In this document: positions 1 to 11,000 of the stretch, one piece after another
How positions within the stretch are numbered: the first letter of the stretch is position 1
Layout: the number at the start of each line of letters is the position of its first letter
From: Naegleria gruberi
Lineage: Eukaryota
DNA length: 64,000 nt
Direction: 5' to 3' (one strand)
Assembly: GCA_000004985.1 (NCBI GenBank)
Contig: GG738845.1
The notes under the pieces: generated by a model
Databases searched by the model: none
What the model saw: the letters and a program-made list of their open reading frames with translations, nothing else
What the model was told of the DNA's origin: nothing
Made by a program: the position numbers and the translations under genes

Positions 1-76
1 GTCTCGAAAAAGAGGGAAAGAAACTGTAGGTTTGGTTTTAAATATGTTCGGATAGTATAACGTAGTTAAATATTAG

Positions 77-1544
77 AACTGAACGATCATTATTTCGTTG
101 GTCACCTGATTGGGATACAGCTGCTTCAAAATTTGAAAAAGCATCCTTGTTATATAAAAATTTAGGAAAGGATGATAAAGCTGTTGAGTGCTACTTGAGA
201 GCAGGTATGTGGTCTTCCTACTAAAATATTAATAATAATTGAATATAAATTAATTTAGGAGTTTGTCATGAAAAGAATAAAATGTTCTACTCTGCAGGAA
301 AATCCTATGAAATGGCAGCCAACATTTATCAAAATACAATTAAAGACTACATCAGTGCCTTTAAAAATTATAAAGATGCAGCCCGTCTCTATCTTGATGA
401 TGGAAAGAATGATCGTGCAGCTGAGGTTCTTGTCAAGGCAGCAAAATCAATGGAAAAGGAACCAAATTGTTTGAATCAATGTGTGGAACTATACAAGGAA
501 GGAATTGAAGCTTCAACCATGAATGGAAAATATCACAATGTAACTGATATTCTTCGTAATTTTAATAACTTTCTAATAAGACATAAATTATATACTGAAG
601 CTATTCAAAATTTAGAAACACAAATTAATGCTTTTAGATCTCTATCTCAACCAAACAATGAAAGAAAAGCCATGCTGGCGATTATTATTCTCTATTTGAA
701 GAATGATGACCCAGTTGCTGCTCAAAATGCTTTGGACAAATTCACCAATGATAGTGGATCTTCTGGATTTTGTGAGAATGATGAAGGTGACGTTGCAATT
801 CAATTAGTGAGTTCTTTTGAAAATAGAGATGAAAGAATGTTGGATCAAGCAAAAACAAGCTCTGTAATCAAGTTTTTGGAAGGTCCAGTCTCAAAGATTG
901 GTTTGACATTGTCATTAAACCCTCTTCTTGATGAACTCAATGAAAAGAAAAAGAAGGCAAACACTCCAGTCAGCCCTTCAGTGAGTGGCACAGCAAAAGG
1001 CGGAACTAGGTCTAGCTCTAGCTCTGGTGGTAAGGCTAGAGGTAAGGCAGCACTTTTCGATACTGGTAGTGATGATGAAGAGGAAGATCCTAAGGCATCC
1101 AGAAGAACTGGTAATAACTCATTCTTATCTGGTAGCAGTAGCAGTACAAACAAACCAAAAACAGCCTTTGCTCAAATGCCTTCAAAAGAGGAATTGACAG
1201 CCCTTCAAAAAAAGCAAGAAGCAGCTTTCGAACAAAGACAACAGGAGCGTAGGGAAAGATTGGAAAGAGGAGAATCTGAATTCGATGATGACGAAGAAGA
1301 GGATGGACAAGATGCAGAGATTCCAAATGGAGAGGGAGACGACTTGACTGGTGCAACTGATTCAAAACAAAAAGCACCACAATCAAACGATGATGACGAT
1401 CTTGAATATGTTCCCTCAACTAAACCAACACAACAAACAGATGATTTCTCTAAACCAGTAGGAATCGCTCCTTCTGCCCCAGCCGAAATTGACGATGAGG
1501 AAGATGAAAACCAAGATATTTTCGACCCTACCGATCTTACTTAA
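77..1544 (+). CDS. SEC17: alpha-SNAP (soluble NSF attachment protein, Sec17 orthologue); 5' end lies outside the window. Exons about 77..198 and 259..1544, with a 60-nt GTATGT...TTTAG intron at 199..258
   Basis: Translation 102..198 (SPDWDTAASKFEKASLLYKNLGKDDKAVECYLRA) joins in frame to 259 onward (GVCHEKNKMFYSAGKSYEMAANIY...DAARLYLDDGKNDRAAEVLVKAA...). This matches the alpha-SNAP TPR-like fold. An in-frame stop at 63-65 and the acceptor AG at 75-76 imply an upstream exon. The SNAP-like part ends near nt 960, but the frame stays open to TAA at 1542-1544. Confidence 0.7.
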
Positions 1545-1569
1545 AAAACTTATTAAAGCTTGTAGTATT

Positions 1570-3303
1570 TTATTGACCTCTCAACCTTTTATATTCAGCT
1601 AGAGTGATTCTCTTATTATTCGAATTTTTCTTCTTGTTTGTGGTTGGTTGAATTTTACGTGTTGTCATAATTGGTTGAGTTGTATCATTCAAATCAAGTT
1701 GGAAGTCATGAGCACTAACTAAACTGTTCTCTGGAGTTTCAGAAGTTTTACGGGATTCAGTTTGCTTTGATTGTTGTGATGTGGTTTCTTTGGCAGGGGT
1801 TGGTTCGTCTGTGTCAGCCAACACAAAGAAAGATGAGGCTGTTTTTCTTCTAGAGAATGGATCTAATTGACCAATAGCTTGATTTGCATTGCCGGCAGAA
1901 TTTTGATTTTTCTTTCTTTGCTCGTGTGCAGCTTGATCCATAGCTCTATTCTTGTTGTTGATATATCCCAAACGTTGTGCTGTTGGTGAAAGGAAATCGA
2001 TTTTAGAATATTCTCTCTCCAATTTTCTTAATTCTTCCTCCCATTTTTGTCTTTCTTGTTTTAGTGAGGATTCTGATTGAACTTCACTTCTACCATCATC
2101 TTCATCAAATTCAGAAAATTGATTAGGCTTGCTTTGATGTGTTCTCAAGTAGAGTTCATCATCAACTAGTTTGATCTTTGTTTTAACAGCACTTATTTCT
2201 CTGGCAATAGATTGCTTATTCTTGACTATAAGTCCTCCTTTTTGAGTTCTTCTTTCTTGAACCATGTTCTCAATTTGTTCATCTGTATATCTGAACTCCT
2301 TTAAAGATTTCCATTTTTGAATCTTTTCATCAATAAACTTTCTTGTTGGGAATTTCTCATTTACTTTTTCCATTTCAGCCTTCCATGCCTTATACTCATT
2401 CTCTTCTATTTCCTTGTTGTCACTAATAGCACTCATTTGCCAAGTTCTCTTTTGTACTCCAAATTTGAGAAGCAATCCCTTCTTAGTTTTTTCAGAATTA
2501 TTTGTTCCAAAAAGATAGTCCTTGGTCATGTCTTGAACTTGAATAATTTGGCACAATCTGTAGGTTTTCTTTTTTGCACGTTCATTGAATCCAACAAGAA
2601 CTCTAACAAAAGCTTTTTCCACGCTGCTGGCAAAGTATGGTTCTTTAAACTCCTTTTCCAATGCTGATCTTCTAATTAAAATTCTTTCTATATCTTTTTT
2701 AGTAATTTTACATTTTGAGGATTCCTCTTCATTATCACTACCATCACCAAATATATTTTGGTCTTCTTCGTCACTCTCTTCATGGTGTGACTGGCTTGTT
2801 TGTTGTTGTTGACGACCTCTGGATGGTTGTACAGGTTCTTGATCATCATCATCTTCGTAATCCTCATCATCATCAGAAGATGGTTTTGATCTTCTGGTAC
2901 GACGAGCTGTTGATGCCTTCTTTGTATTTTTCCTTACTGGTTCATCGTCTTCTTCGTCCAATGACAAGTCAACCTCATCATTTTGTTTTTGTTCAATAGG
3001 TTTACTTGCAGATTGTGGTTTTCTTCCTCTTTCTATCAATTTACCTTGTTTTCTAAGTACTTCCTTTTTCTTTCTTAGGTCGAGTCTTCTCTCGTATCTT
3101 TCCGAGATGATTTCTTCACGGTCGACATCACCCAGTGATTCCAAGTATCTTCTATCATTCTCATCACCCTTTAAATCATCATCATATCCATCATCAAGAT
3201 CCTCTTCATAAACAAAATCATCACCACTGGTTGGTTTTGTTTTCTTTGATTGATTTTCTAATTCGTCATCACTAATATTTTTTCCTCTACCTCGTTTAGA
3301 CAT
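1570..3303 (-). CDS. RTF1: Rtf1 (Paf1 complex subunit, Plus3 domain), 577 aa, no intron seen
   Basis: The Plus3-domain block ILIRRSALEKEFKEPYFASSVEKAFVRVLVGFNERAKKKTYRLCQIIQV and the C-terminal ITLAEYKRLRGQ resemble the Rtf1 Plus3 domain and C-terminus. There are acidic N-terminal stretches. Stop TAA. Confidence 0.85.
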   Translation of the reverse strand: MSKRGRGKNISDDELENQSKKTKPTSGDDFVYEEDLDDGYDDDLKGDENDRRYLESLGDVDREEIISERYERRLDLRKKKEVLRKQGKLIERGRKPQSASKPIEQKQNDEVDLSLDEEDDEPVRKNTKKASTARRTRRSKPSSDDDEDYEDDDDQEPVQPSRGRQQQQTSQSHHEESDEEDQNIFGDGSDNEEESSKCKITKKDIERILIRRSALEKEFKEPYFASSVEKAFVRVLVGFNERAKKKTYRLCQIIQVQDMTKDYLFGTNNSEKTKKGLLLKFGVQKRTWQMSAISDNKEIEENEYKAWKAEMEKVNEKFPTRKFIDEKIQKWKSLKEFRYTDEQIENMVQERRTQKGGLIVKNKQSIAREISAVKTKIKLVDDELYLRTHQSKPNQFSEFDEDDGRSEVQSESSLKQERQKWEEELRKLEREYSKIDFLSPTAQRLGYINNKNRAMDQAAHEQRKKNQNSAGNANQAIGQLDPFSRRKTASSFFVLADTDEPTPAKETTSQQSKQTESRKTSETPENSLVSAHDFQLDLNDTTQPIMTTRKIQPTTNKKKNSNNKRITLAEYKRLRGQ

Positions 3304-3370
3304 TTTTTAATATTTATTTTTATAAATTAAAGTTGTATGCGTTACTTTCACCCTTGTTTACTATTACACA

Positions 3371-5155
3371 TTATTGTTTGGAACAACCAAAACTCTTGTG
3401 GATAGAGTCGAAACTGGCCTTAACTTGATCGTTGTACATTTGTTGGTAAGTGTAACTCTTCACGTTGGCAATCTTCTTTGAAGGTAATAATAAACCAGTT
3501 TGATGCATTACCAAACTTTCATTACTCATTGGATCAACCATTGAGTAAATCATTGAGAAAGCATCAGAACCATCATTGAGTTTAATCATTCCATCTCTTT
3601 CAATGTTAACTGGTGAACCACCAGAGTACATTTGAATCATTTGTAATTCAGCCTTCATTAATTGGGACAAACCGTCTAAATCAGAAACTGGCATCATTTG
3701 ATTTGGTTCAGCAATTGAAACCATGGTTTCCAATGGAAGACTGTTTTCATCGTTTTGAGCCAACAACGTAACAACTGGATTGTCACTATTATTTTCCTTT
3801 GCTGTAGCTTGCAATTTAATTGGTTGGGAAATCTTAAAGTTGAATTCAGTATTTTCATAAATCAATGATGAACCAGATGAAGCATTAACATCTTCAAAGA
3901 ATTTCATCTTCTTTACCATAGTAAGGAAATCAACTTTGAATTTTTCACTAATTTGTGGCAATGATCTTCCTAAAATTGTGTAAATACTAGATCCACGTTG
4001 GAAATAAATTTCAATAAAATCATAGTCAGCTTGGACTTCAGACTTTTCTTTCTCGCTAGCAACATAAGAGTGAGCTTTATCGCTATAGGCAATAAGTTCA
4101 CCATTACTGTGTCCAATTTTCATTTGTCCAAGAGTCATGTATCCTGTCTTGGTTGAATGAAGAGACTTTTGTTCAGAAACAAACTGTTCAAAGTCTTGAG
4201 CTTCATTAGAGATGATGACAATTTCCTTATCAATATTATCTTCCTTTGAATAGTGAATCATATAAGTTTCAACATTCTTATTTCCCAAATAGAGAGCACG
4301 ATCAGTGGCAGATCCGATAGCTAGGAAATCAGTTGATGGCAAATTGAGAATATATCCAAGTTTGTCATTTCTGTAAGAAACTCTTCCAAACAATTCTCCC
4401 TTTTGCAATTTGACAGTACGAATAATATTTTTAGTTCTACCAATATTTGATTCAAAGGCCTTCATGTCAGTACCAATATGTTGGAACATTAAAACTTTGT
4501 TAGGTTCTTCTGGATTTTTGAAAGCAATGGCAAAGATTTTAACTTTTTGTTGTCCTGTTAATTCAGAAATCATTTGGCAGGCTTCAATTCCATTAACCTT
4601 GATACGATCAGTTTCTTCTAAAACTCTGAAAGGAACTTGAGTTTGAGCAAGAGCAGAAACGTTATTCTTCATATATTGCTTGATATCAAGCTCAGCTGGT
4701 ACGTCTTCAATAGTGATCATGGTAGCATCACCACCACCTCCCATCATCATATTCATATTAGAGGCATCAATGAGAGTAATTGTGGTAATTGGTCCTTGAG
4801 AGTGGACTTCCACTTCATATTGTGCTGGCATCTTGAAGGAAACTCCAATCTTTTTCTGATTGCAAACCTTCCATGATGAAATTCCAGAAGCGTCTTCAAC
4901 ATTGTACAAGATCCATTCAGGTTCAGTTGGAACTGGTGTAGCTACTTCAACAGGCTTTTCAGTTGCAGTCTTGATGGAAACCGCTAACTTTTTAGTACTC
5001 TTATTTTGAGAGAAAACTTTATAGAGAACGAAACCAACAACAGAAGCAGCAGCTGAGCCTAGTACTGTTGCAAGTCCCTTGTTTTCCTTCAATGCGTTGA
5101 CAATATTTTCCCACAATGAAGAATCGGATGAAGTTGTTGTAGAAGAATTAACCAT
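3371..5155 (-). CDS. Hypothetical 594-aa protein with one N-terminal hydrophobic anchor (GLATVLGSAAASVVGFVLYKVF); no recognisable domain
   Basis: Uninterrupted 1785-nt ORF with codon usage like its neighbours. Its stop lies only 67 bp upstream of the RTF1 ATG. Confidence 0.6.
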   Translation of the reverse strand: MVNSSTTTSSDSSLWENIVNALKENKGLATVLGSAAASVVGFVLYKVFSQNKSTKKLAVSIKTATEKPVEVATPVPTEPEWILYNVEDASGISSWKVCNQKKIGVSFKMPAQYEVEVHSQGPITTITLIDASNMNMMMGGGGDATMITIEDVPAELDIKQYMKNNVSALAQTQVPFRVLEETDRIKVNGIEACQMISELTGQQKVKIFAIAFKNPEEPNKVLMFQHIGTDMKAFESNIGRTKNIIRTVKLQKGELFGRVSYRNDKLGYILNLPSTDFLAIGSATDRALYLGNKNVETYMIHYSKEDNIDKEIVIISNEAQDFEQFVSEQKSLHSTKTGYMTLGQMKIGHSNGELIAYSDKAHSYVASEKEKSEVQADYDFIEIYFQRGSSIYTILGRSLPQISEKFKVDFLTMVKKMKFFEDVNASSGSSLIYENTEFNFKISQPIKLQATAKENNSDNPVVTLLAQNDENSLPLETMVSIAEPNQMMPVSDLDGLSQLMKAELQMIQMYSGGSPVNIERDGMIKLNDGSDAFSMIYSMVDPMSNESLVMHQTGLLLPSKKIANVKSYTYQQMYNDQVKASFDSIHKSFGCSKQ

Positions 5156-5356
5156 TTTTTTGTTTCAAATTTTATTAATTTTTTTCAATCAAAACGAATT
5201 AAAAAATAATAAAACTTAATAAAATTGGCTAGAAAATTTTTTGAATCAAAGAAACAGGTCAATAAAGAAACTTTATTGATTCATTATTTGCTATCAATTC
5301 TGTCAACATTCTTTTGCCATTTGAGTCACACATTTAAGGTTTGTCACTTTCCTCTT

Positions 5357-5932
5357 TTAAAAGAAGACATCAGTTTCCTTATGATATTGATATCTGTCTC
5401 CTTCATTGATAGGATGTTTGTAGTTCTTCTTTGGTTGGACTGGGCCTTTAACTCCAGTCTTTGTTTTGGCTTCATATTCAAGTTGTTCCATATAAATTTT
5501 GTACTTTTTAACTCTCTTTTCACATTGTATAGGTGTCCATTGTAGAATATTAACATCAGTATCCCAAGCCATTGCTGTATAGTTTTCCCCATGTTTGTCA
5601 ATTAGTGCTTGCAGAGTTTTTCTTTCCGATTCGTGAACAATAAAGCACAATCTCGATTTGAATTGTGGCTTTTTACTAATGATTTCATCTAAAATTTCTG
5701 GCTTTTTTTCTTTTGGTAGTGTTTCGGCAACTTGGTGATTCTCTTCTGACGGTTTGTTAGGGTCAGCCACGAGGTCCAATCGAGCATAATTGTATTTAGC
5801 AGTCAACTCCCTGTCCCATACTTTTCCGGTACTACTTTTTAATTGATATTGTCTTTTTTGTTTCTTCTTTTCCTTGTGAATTTCGGTTTTTGTTCTTCTG
5901 ATCGTCGACTTGAGAGCACTAAATTTTCCCAT
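5357..5932 (-). CDS. NOP16: Ribosome biogenesis protein Nop16-like (191 aa)
   Basis: Basic N-terminus (MGKFSALKSTIRRTKTEIHKEKKKQKR) and C-terminal block ERKTLQALIDKHGENYTAMAWDTDVNILQWT. The latter matches the Nop16 family pattern (L..L..KHGdDY..M..D..lN..Q). Confidence 0.6.
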   Translation of the reverse strand: MGKFSALKSTIRRTKTEIHKEKKKQKRQYQLKSSTGKVWDRELTAKYNYARLDLVADPNKPSEENHQVAETLPKEKKPEILDEIISKKPQFKSRLCFIVHESERKTLQALIDKHGENYTAMAWDTDVNILQWTPIQCEKRVKKYKIYMEQLEYEAKTKTGVKGPVQPKKNYKHPINEGDRYQYHKETDVFF

Positions 5933-5980
5933 TTTTTTTTGTTCTAACTTTTATTTGATGGTGTTACAATTAATGAAGGT

Positions 5981-6868
5981 TTAAAGCAAAGTGCATTTGC
6001 CTGGCTTCTTTTCTTGTGTCTTCTCTGTTGGAGGATACATACCATTATAGAGAGCTTCTTCGAAAACTTCTCTCACACCCTCATTCAACATGGCACTACA
6101 TTCCATAAATTTAACAGCTTTGATTGACTTGCAAATTTGGTTTGCTGCTTCAACAGAGACTGGTTCAACACCTTGATCCTTGAGTTTGGCCAACATGTTC
6201 TTGTCGTTTCTAATATCCGCCTTGGTTCCTACGAGAATGTAAGGACAATTTGGTCTGTGCTTTTTAACTTCTGGAACCCATTTATTCTTTACGTTTTCCA
6301 AAGAAGTTGGACTGTCGATGGAGAAACACAACAAGAATACATTAGCGTCAGGGTAGGAGAGTGGTCTATTAAGCTTTGATAAGGGAATTATTTTTCAAAA
6401 TATGATCACTTACCGAAGATTATCGTAGCTAATATTGTTAATCAATATAATTTTACACTTGAATTCACTTACTCTGTGAGGAATTAATATTAAGGTTCAT
6501 TATTATTTGTTATAATAGGAAAACTTGTTAACTTCAATATTTACCTTCCTACAAAAAGGTTCTTGCATTACATTTACGTTCGTACTTACTTGTCCAGCAG
6601 TATCCATCAATAAAAACTTGATGGTTTGATTGTTGAGTTCAATTTCTGATGAATAGTTATCGAAAATTCTAATAAGGAGAACGTTTTAAACATGTGGTTA
6701 TTGTAAATACATACGTTGGGATATACTTTTCAGGGAATACACCTTCAGCAAAGACGTGCAAGAGACATGTTTTACCCTGATAATAGATTTAAGGATTTTA
6801 AAATTATGCTCAGTACATACCACAGCACCATCTCCAACAACAACGAGACGAACAGTTTGACTTTCCAT
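5981..6868 (-). CDS. RHO1: RhoA/Rho1-type small GTPase with at least 4 introns. Exons 6821..6868, 6715..6776, 6590..6668, a probable 15-nt exon 6414..6428, and 5981..6365. The Switch-II segment is not cleanly resolved.
   Basis: Exon 1 MESQTVRLVVVGDGAV (P-loop start). Exon 2 GKTCLLHVFAEGVFPEKYIPT. Exon 3 IFDNYSSEIELNNQTIKFLLMDTAGQ. Last exon PLSYPDANVFLLCFSIDSPTSLENVKNKWVPEVKKHRPNCPYILVGTKADIRND...CSAMLNEGVREVFEEA...KKPGKCTLL (CAAX). Introns GTATGT...CAG (44 nt), GTATGT...TAG (46 nt), GTAAGT...TAG (48 nt). The last exon closely resembles RhoA/Rho1 (CFSIDSPDSLENI...PNVPIILVGNKKDLRND). Confidence 0.7.
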
Positions 6869-7172
6869 TTTTTTAATTAATAAATAAAAATCTAAAAATA
6901 AGGAAACAAAGGCAGCCTTAATATCAACGGAAAAGTTCAAGGAAGCGAAATTATTATTGTAAATTGTCCACAAATATATCACTATAAAACAATCAAAATA
7001 ATATCTCATAATACGATTTACGCTATCAATTTATTTAATGCTTCCAAATTCTTATTGAGTCAATGAAGTCTATTCAATTATGAAAAATAATCCTTCGTTT
7101 GTCCTATTCATTTTAAAAATGCTGAATGACTGACAGAAATCAAAACCTAATGTTAAATTTGAATTGAAATAT

Positions 7173-7922
7173 TTACCATGTTTTAAATGATGTTGGTAAA
7201 TATTCAGCTTTCTTTTTCAATTCAATATTGTTTTCTAAAATTTCAGATACCATAGTAATTGTTCCAGAAAAGAATGTATACTTGTAAATGTAAAATAATG
7301 CAGGATATTTGGCAAAAAATCGTCGATATCGATCTCTAACATTAGCCTTTGTCATGTATTTTGAATTAATATGGAATGCCTGTGGGTGGTGTCTTTTAGG
7401 ATTGTTAGGATCGAACAGTTTGAGCTCCTTGTTTAGACTAACGATCCACCTTTCCTTGTTCCATTTTCTGCCATGTTCCTCTGCTTCTGATTCCTCATTT
7501 TGCTCTTCTAACACACTAGTGCTTGGTTTATGATTTTGAAATAAATATTTAATTTTTTCCACAAATTCACAGTGTTTTTCGAATAGGTGTGGGGAACGAC
7601 CAGTAATGTATCTTATCAAACTTGAATATAATTCGGGATTTGTGACAGAACGACTGGATGTCCACTTTCTAAAAGTTTCTAGAGATGTTTTGTCTTCTTC
7701 CGATATGCTATTCAGCTCAATGCTTGATTTATTCTCCTCCTCATCATCAATATTTAAAATATTGGGAGATCGTTCATCATCACTTATCACATGTTCTGAA
7801 TCTTTTGGCATTTTTTTGGACGATCTTGACCGTACAATTTTGGCATGGAAAATGAGCACAGCACCCTCAAGTCGTTTAATAAGAAAGTGGCCAGAAAAAT
7901 ATTGTAGTGGGATCACTCCCAA
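7173..7922 (-). CDS. Hypothetical basic/acidic protein, possibly nucleolar. The true start may be the ATG at 7811 (MPKDSEH...) rather than 7922.
   Basis: Open frame of 249 codons. Low-complexity acidic stretch (NIDDEEENKSS) and basic C-terminal half (GRKWNKERW...KRHHPQAFHINSKYMTKANVRDRYRRFF). No confident family match. Confidence 0.5.
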   Translation of the reverse strand: MGVIPLQYFSGHFLIKRLEGAVLIFHAKIVRSRSSKKMPKDSEHVISDDERSPNILNIDDEEENKSSIELNSISEEDKTSLETFRKWTSSRSVTNPELYSSLIRYITGRSPHLFEKHCEFVEKIKYLFQNHKPSTSVLEEQNEESEAEEHGRKWNKERWIVSLNKELKLFDPNNPKRHHPQAFHINSKYMTKANVRDRYRRFFAKYPALFYIYKYTFFSGTITMVSEILENNIELKKKAEYLPTSFKTW

Positions 7923-8012
7923 AAAAAATGATGAAGGCGTTAGTAGGTTTTATTTTGAATGGTTTGATTTATTGTTTGAACCAATTTTTAATAGGGGCTT
8001 AAAGATATTCTT

Positions 8013-11000
8013 ATGAATTCTATAATGAAAGATTCATTTAGAACATTTTGTAAGCAAGTGTTATCCTGTGAAGAATTAATAGATTTGTGGACAGATATTC
8101 AAAACTACAGGAACATCAAAGACAATGAAGTGGAATTAAGAGTGAATACAGCAAAAAAGATATGGAACACCTACTTTGTTGCTGGTTCTATTGAAGTTCC
8201 GGAAGAGTTGCACTCAATTTTAGTGGATAATATGGATTCGGGCAGTATTGCTTTATACGATGAAGTGCAAACGTTGATAGAGGATGATCTTAAAGAAGAG
8301 GCCTACCATCTATTTATCAAAGATTTTATCAAACACGCAAATTCTTCATCTAACAATCCACTCTCCTCCCTTAATACTATTAGCAATGCACCTTCATCAA
8401 GTGATGATACAATTTCAAAAATCTTTCAACCAATCCATGAGATTTCTAACAGAAGAAGAAACAGCTTCCAAGAACAAACACCAACCAAATTGACCTTTCC
8501 AGTACCAAACACCAGCATTCCCACTGTTCCCCTTACTCCAATCTTGCACACAGTAATACCTCTCAATAATGATAGTAAGGTGTCATCACCACCACGCCTA
8601 CCACCTGCTCACACACCGCCACCATCAAATTCTGTTAAGAGGGGCGTTAGAATTGAGAGGCTTGGTGATAAAATTCAAGTGTATGGAAGATCTCCAACAA
8701 ATTTAACAAAACCAGGTGAGAATGCAGCCTCAAGTTTGGAAGAGTACAAATATAAAGGTCCTCTAATTCCTCCAAATCAGGAAATTAGAGCTACAGTTGC
8801 AGATATCGACTCATCATTCCTGAGGTCAAAAGGAGAAAAGGAACAATTCACACAGGTTACATGTTGTGAAGTCTCTGTTAATCTTCTATATCAAAAGATA
8901 CCAATAATCACACAAGGAAGCATTGAAGGAATGGCAGAAATGGCAAAGAAGTTATACAATTTAAAGGATTACCTTCAAACAGATGACGACTCATTTGTTA
9001 TGGATATTAATTCTATTCTAAATAGATGTGATCGTTACTCTGCTCACCTTCAAGTTGAGAATGTAGAGTCTATCAACAATTACGGTATTATTCAAATGTT
9101 TAAATCATCAGAAAAGAAGCCAATTTGCTGCATTCTAAAGGCACAAGTGATTGAGGAAGAGTCAAATAGTTTTAATGATTATTTGGTGGTATTTTATGAT
9201 GGAAATGAAAGTTATTGTCTATTCCACACATTTCAAAAACTCTTTCCAAAAAAAGGGTTGAGGGCTTGTGTTACCTATTTTGAAAATCTGGAAGTTATGG
9301 AAAGATTTTTAAATGATTTCCTTGCTCCTAATGAAATGAGCGCTTCAAAATTATCAAGCAATAAGAAATATATTTTAAAACAATTAATAACTTTGAGAAA
9401 GAAGGAGCATGGGTTGATCAAGAAATATTTAAATTATAGAGTTTCTCTTCAAGTTGAAGATTCTCCTATTGACAATATCGAGAAAAAATTATTCATCATG
9501 GAGGATATGCATAGAAATAGAATTGAAGATCTTTTAAACAAGTTGAAAGATATTGAGGGAAAAATTAAAAGTGGAAAACAGAAATTAGTTAATCCCAAGT
9601 CAGTAGAAGAAAGAGGGATAGAAAATTCAACTTTTGATCAAGATCTTACGGATGTAATGGTGAGACTGGAAGAGATTGATGAAAGGCAGCTGTCCCCAAG
9701 AAAAAGACAAACTCAAGAACAAAAAAACAAAACAGTTTCAGAAACTCTAAGTCAAACGACTTCTCCACAAAAGAGTGATATCATAACAGAGTATTTCATT
9801 AATAGACTTACCAGTATTGAATCTGAAATGAATGAAGTGAAGAATGCATATACCAAAAAGATGGAGAGCGTTGTAGAAAATCTTTCTAATTATGAGAAAC
9901 AAAACCATCCGGTTATGGAAAAAACAATAACCCAACATGAGAATTCAGATGCTAAATTAATTTATGAAATGAAAAAAGAGATTGAAATTATGAAAATGGC
10001 TAGGCTTCAAATTGAAAAGGATGTAAAAAACAAAGCATTTCACCAAAGTACCAACAATAGTGATTTGAATAAGATTATAGCCAACTCAACCTTTAACACT
10101 GAACCTTTATCTGAACCTTTAGAATCAAATTTACAACTACCAGAGGAAAAGGAGACAGAACCGCAGCTTATTTCCAATTATGAAAATTCTCCAGAACAAA
10201 TGATTATTCATCAATCACAAGTAATTGCACAAGAAACTAACACCAATCCTCAATCCGAATCAAAACTTGAATATGTATCAAGAGTGATAGAGGATTTGAA
10301 AACTGAATTGGCGAGTCTTAGGGATGAAATGAGTATCATTTCTAAAAGGAAATATGCTCATGAGGTATTGGGTACTATTTTTGAAAAGTCCAATAACGAC
10401 CAAGAAACCTTCAAGTTACCCCAACCTTCAGCTGATACTCAAATAGATGAGGTTGTTGAAAGAATCAATAATATTGAAAGTTATACTTACGAAAACATGT
10501 CAAACGTAAAACAATCACTTTATGAAGAGAAGAAGGACCGTTTTAACATGTTTGATGCTCTTCACACCAAAATTCAGTCCGTTGAAGAAAGTAATAAGGA
10601 ACATGCAAAGGAAACTAAAGAAATCAGCGACAAAGTTGATCAAATTAAGTCAGAAATTGATATGCTAAGATTTACATCATCTTTGCAAGCAAGAAACTCA
10701 GACACATCCTCAATAGTCTCTAAACTTGACGATTCTTTAGATGTCAGTTCAAATGCTTCCTCTCCAACAAAGTCTTTAGACTCTAATCAATTTATGTTCA
10801 TTCAGAATAATTTGAAGAAGGAAATAATACAACAAGTCAATCAACAAGTTAATCAACAAATTCATCAACAAATCAATAATATACCAAATGTTGAAAATTT
10901 GTTTCGTGAGTATAGGAAACAGTTTGATAATTTTGAAAGCAAAATTGAGAATAGATTCAATACTCAAACCTTTGTTAATGGTAATCAGGAAGAAATCGAA

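Noticed and set aside
845-1419. Short antisense or overlapping ORFs inside long genes (for example 845..1153-, 985..1197+, 1090..1419-, and many similar entries throughout the track)
   Set aside because: They lie wholly within and antisense to, or out of frame with, well-supported conserved genes. They are low-complexity and have no homology, the expected by-product of AT-rich coding DNA. Not reported as genes.
10800-10880. Possible microsatellite or mobile-element remnant in the RGS/coiled-coil gene
   Set aside because: It is a short in-frame codon repeat (QQVN x4) typical of coiled-coil low complexity, not a transposon.
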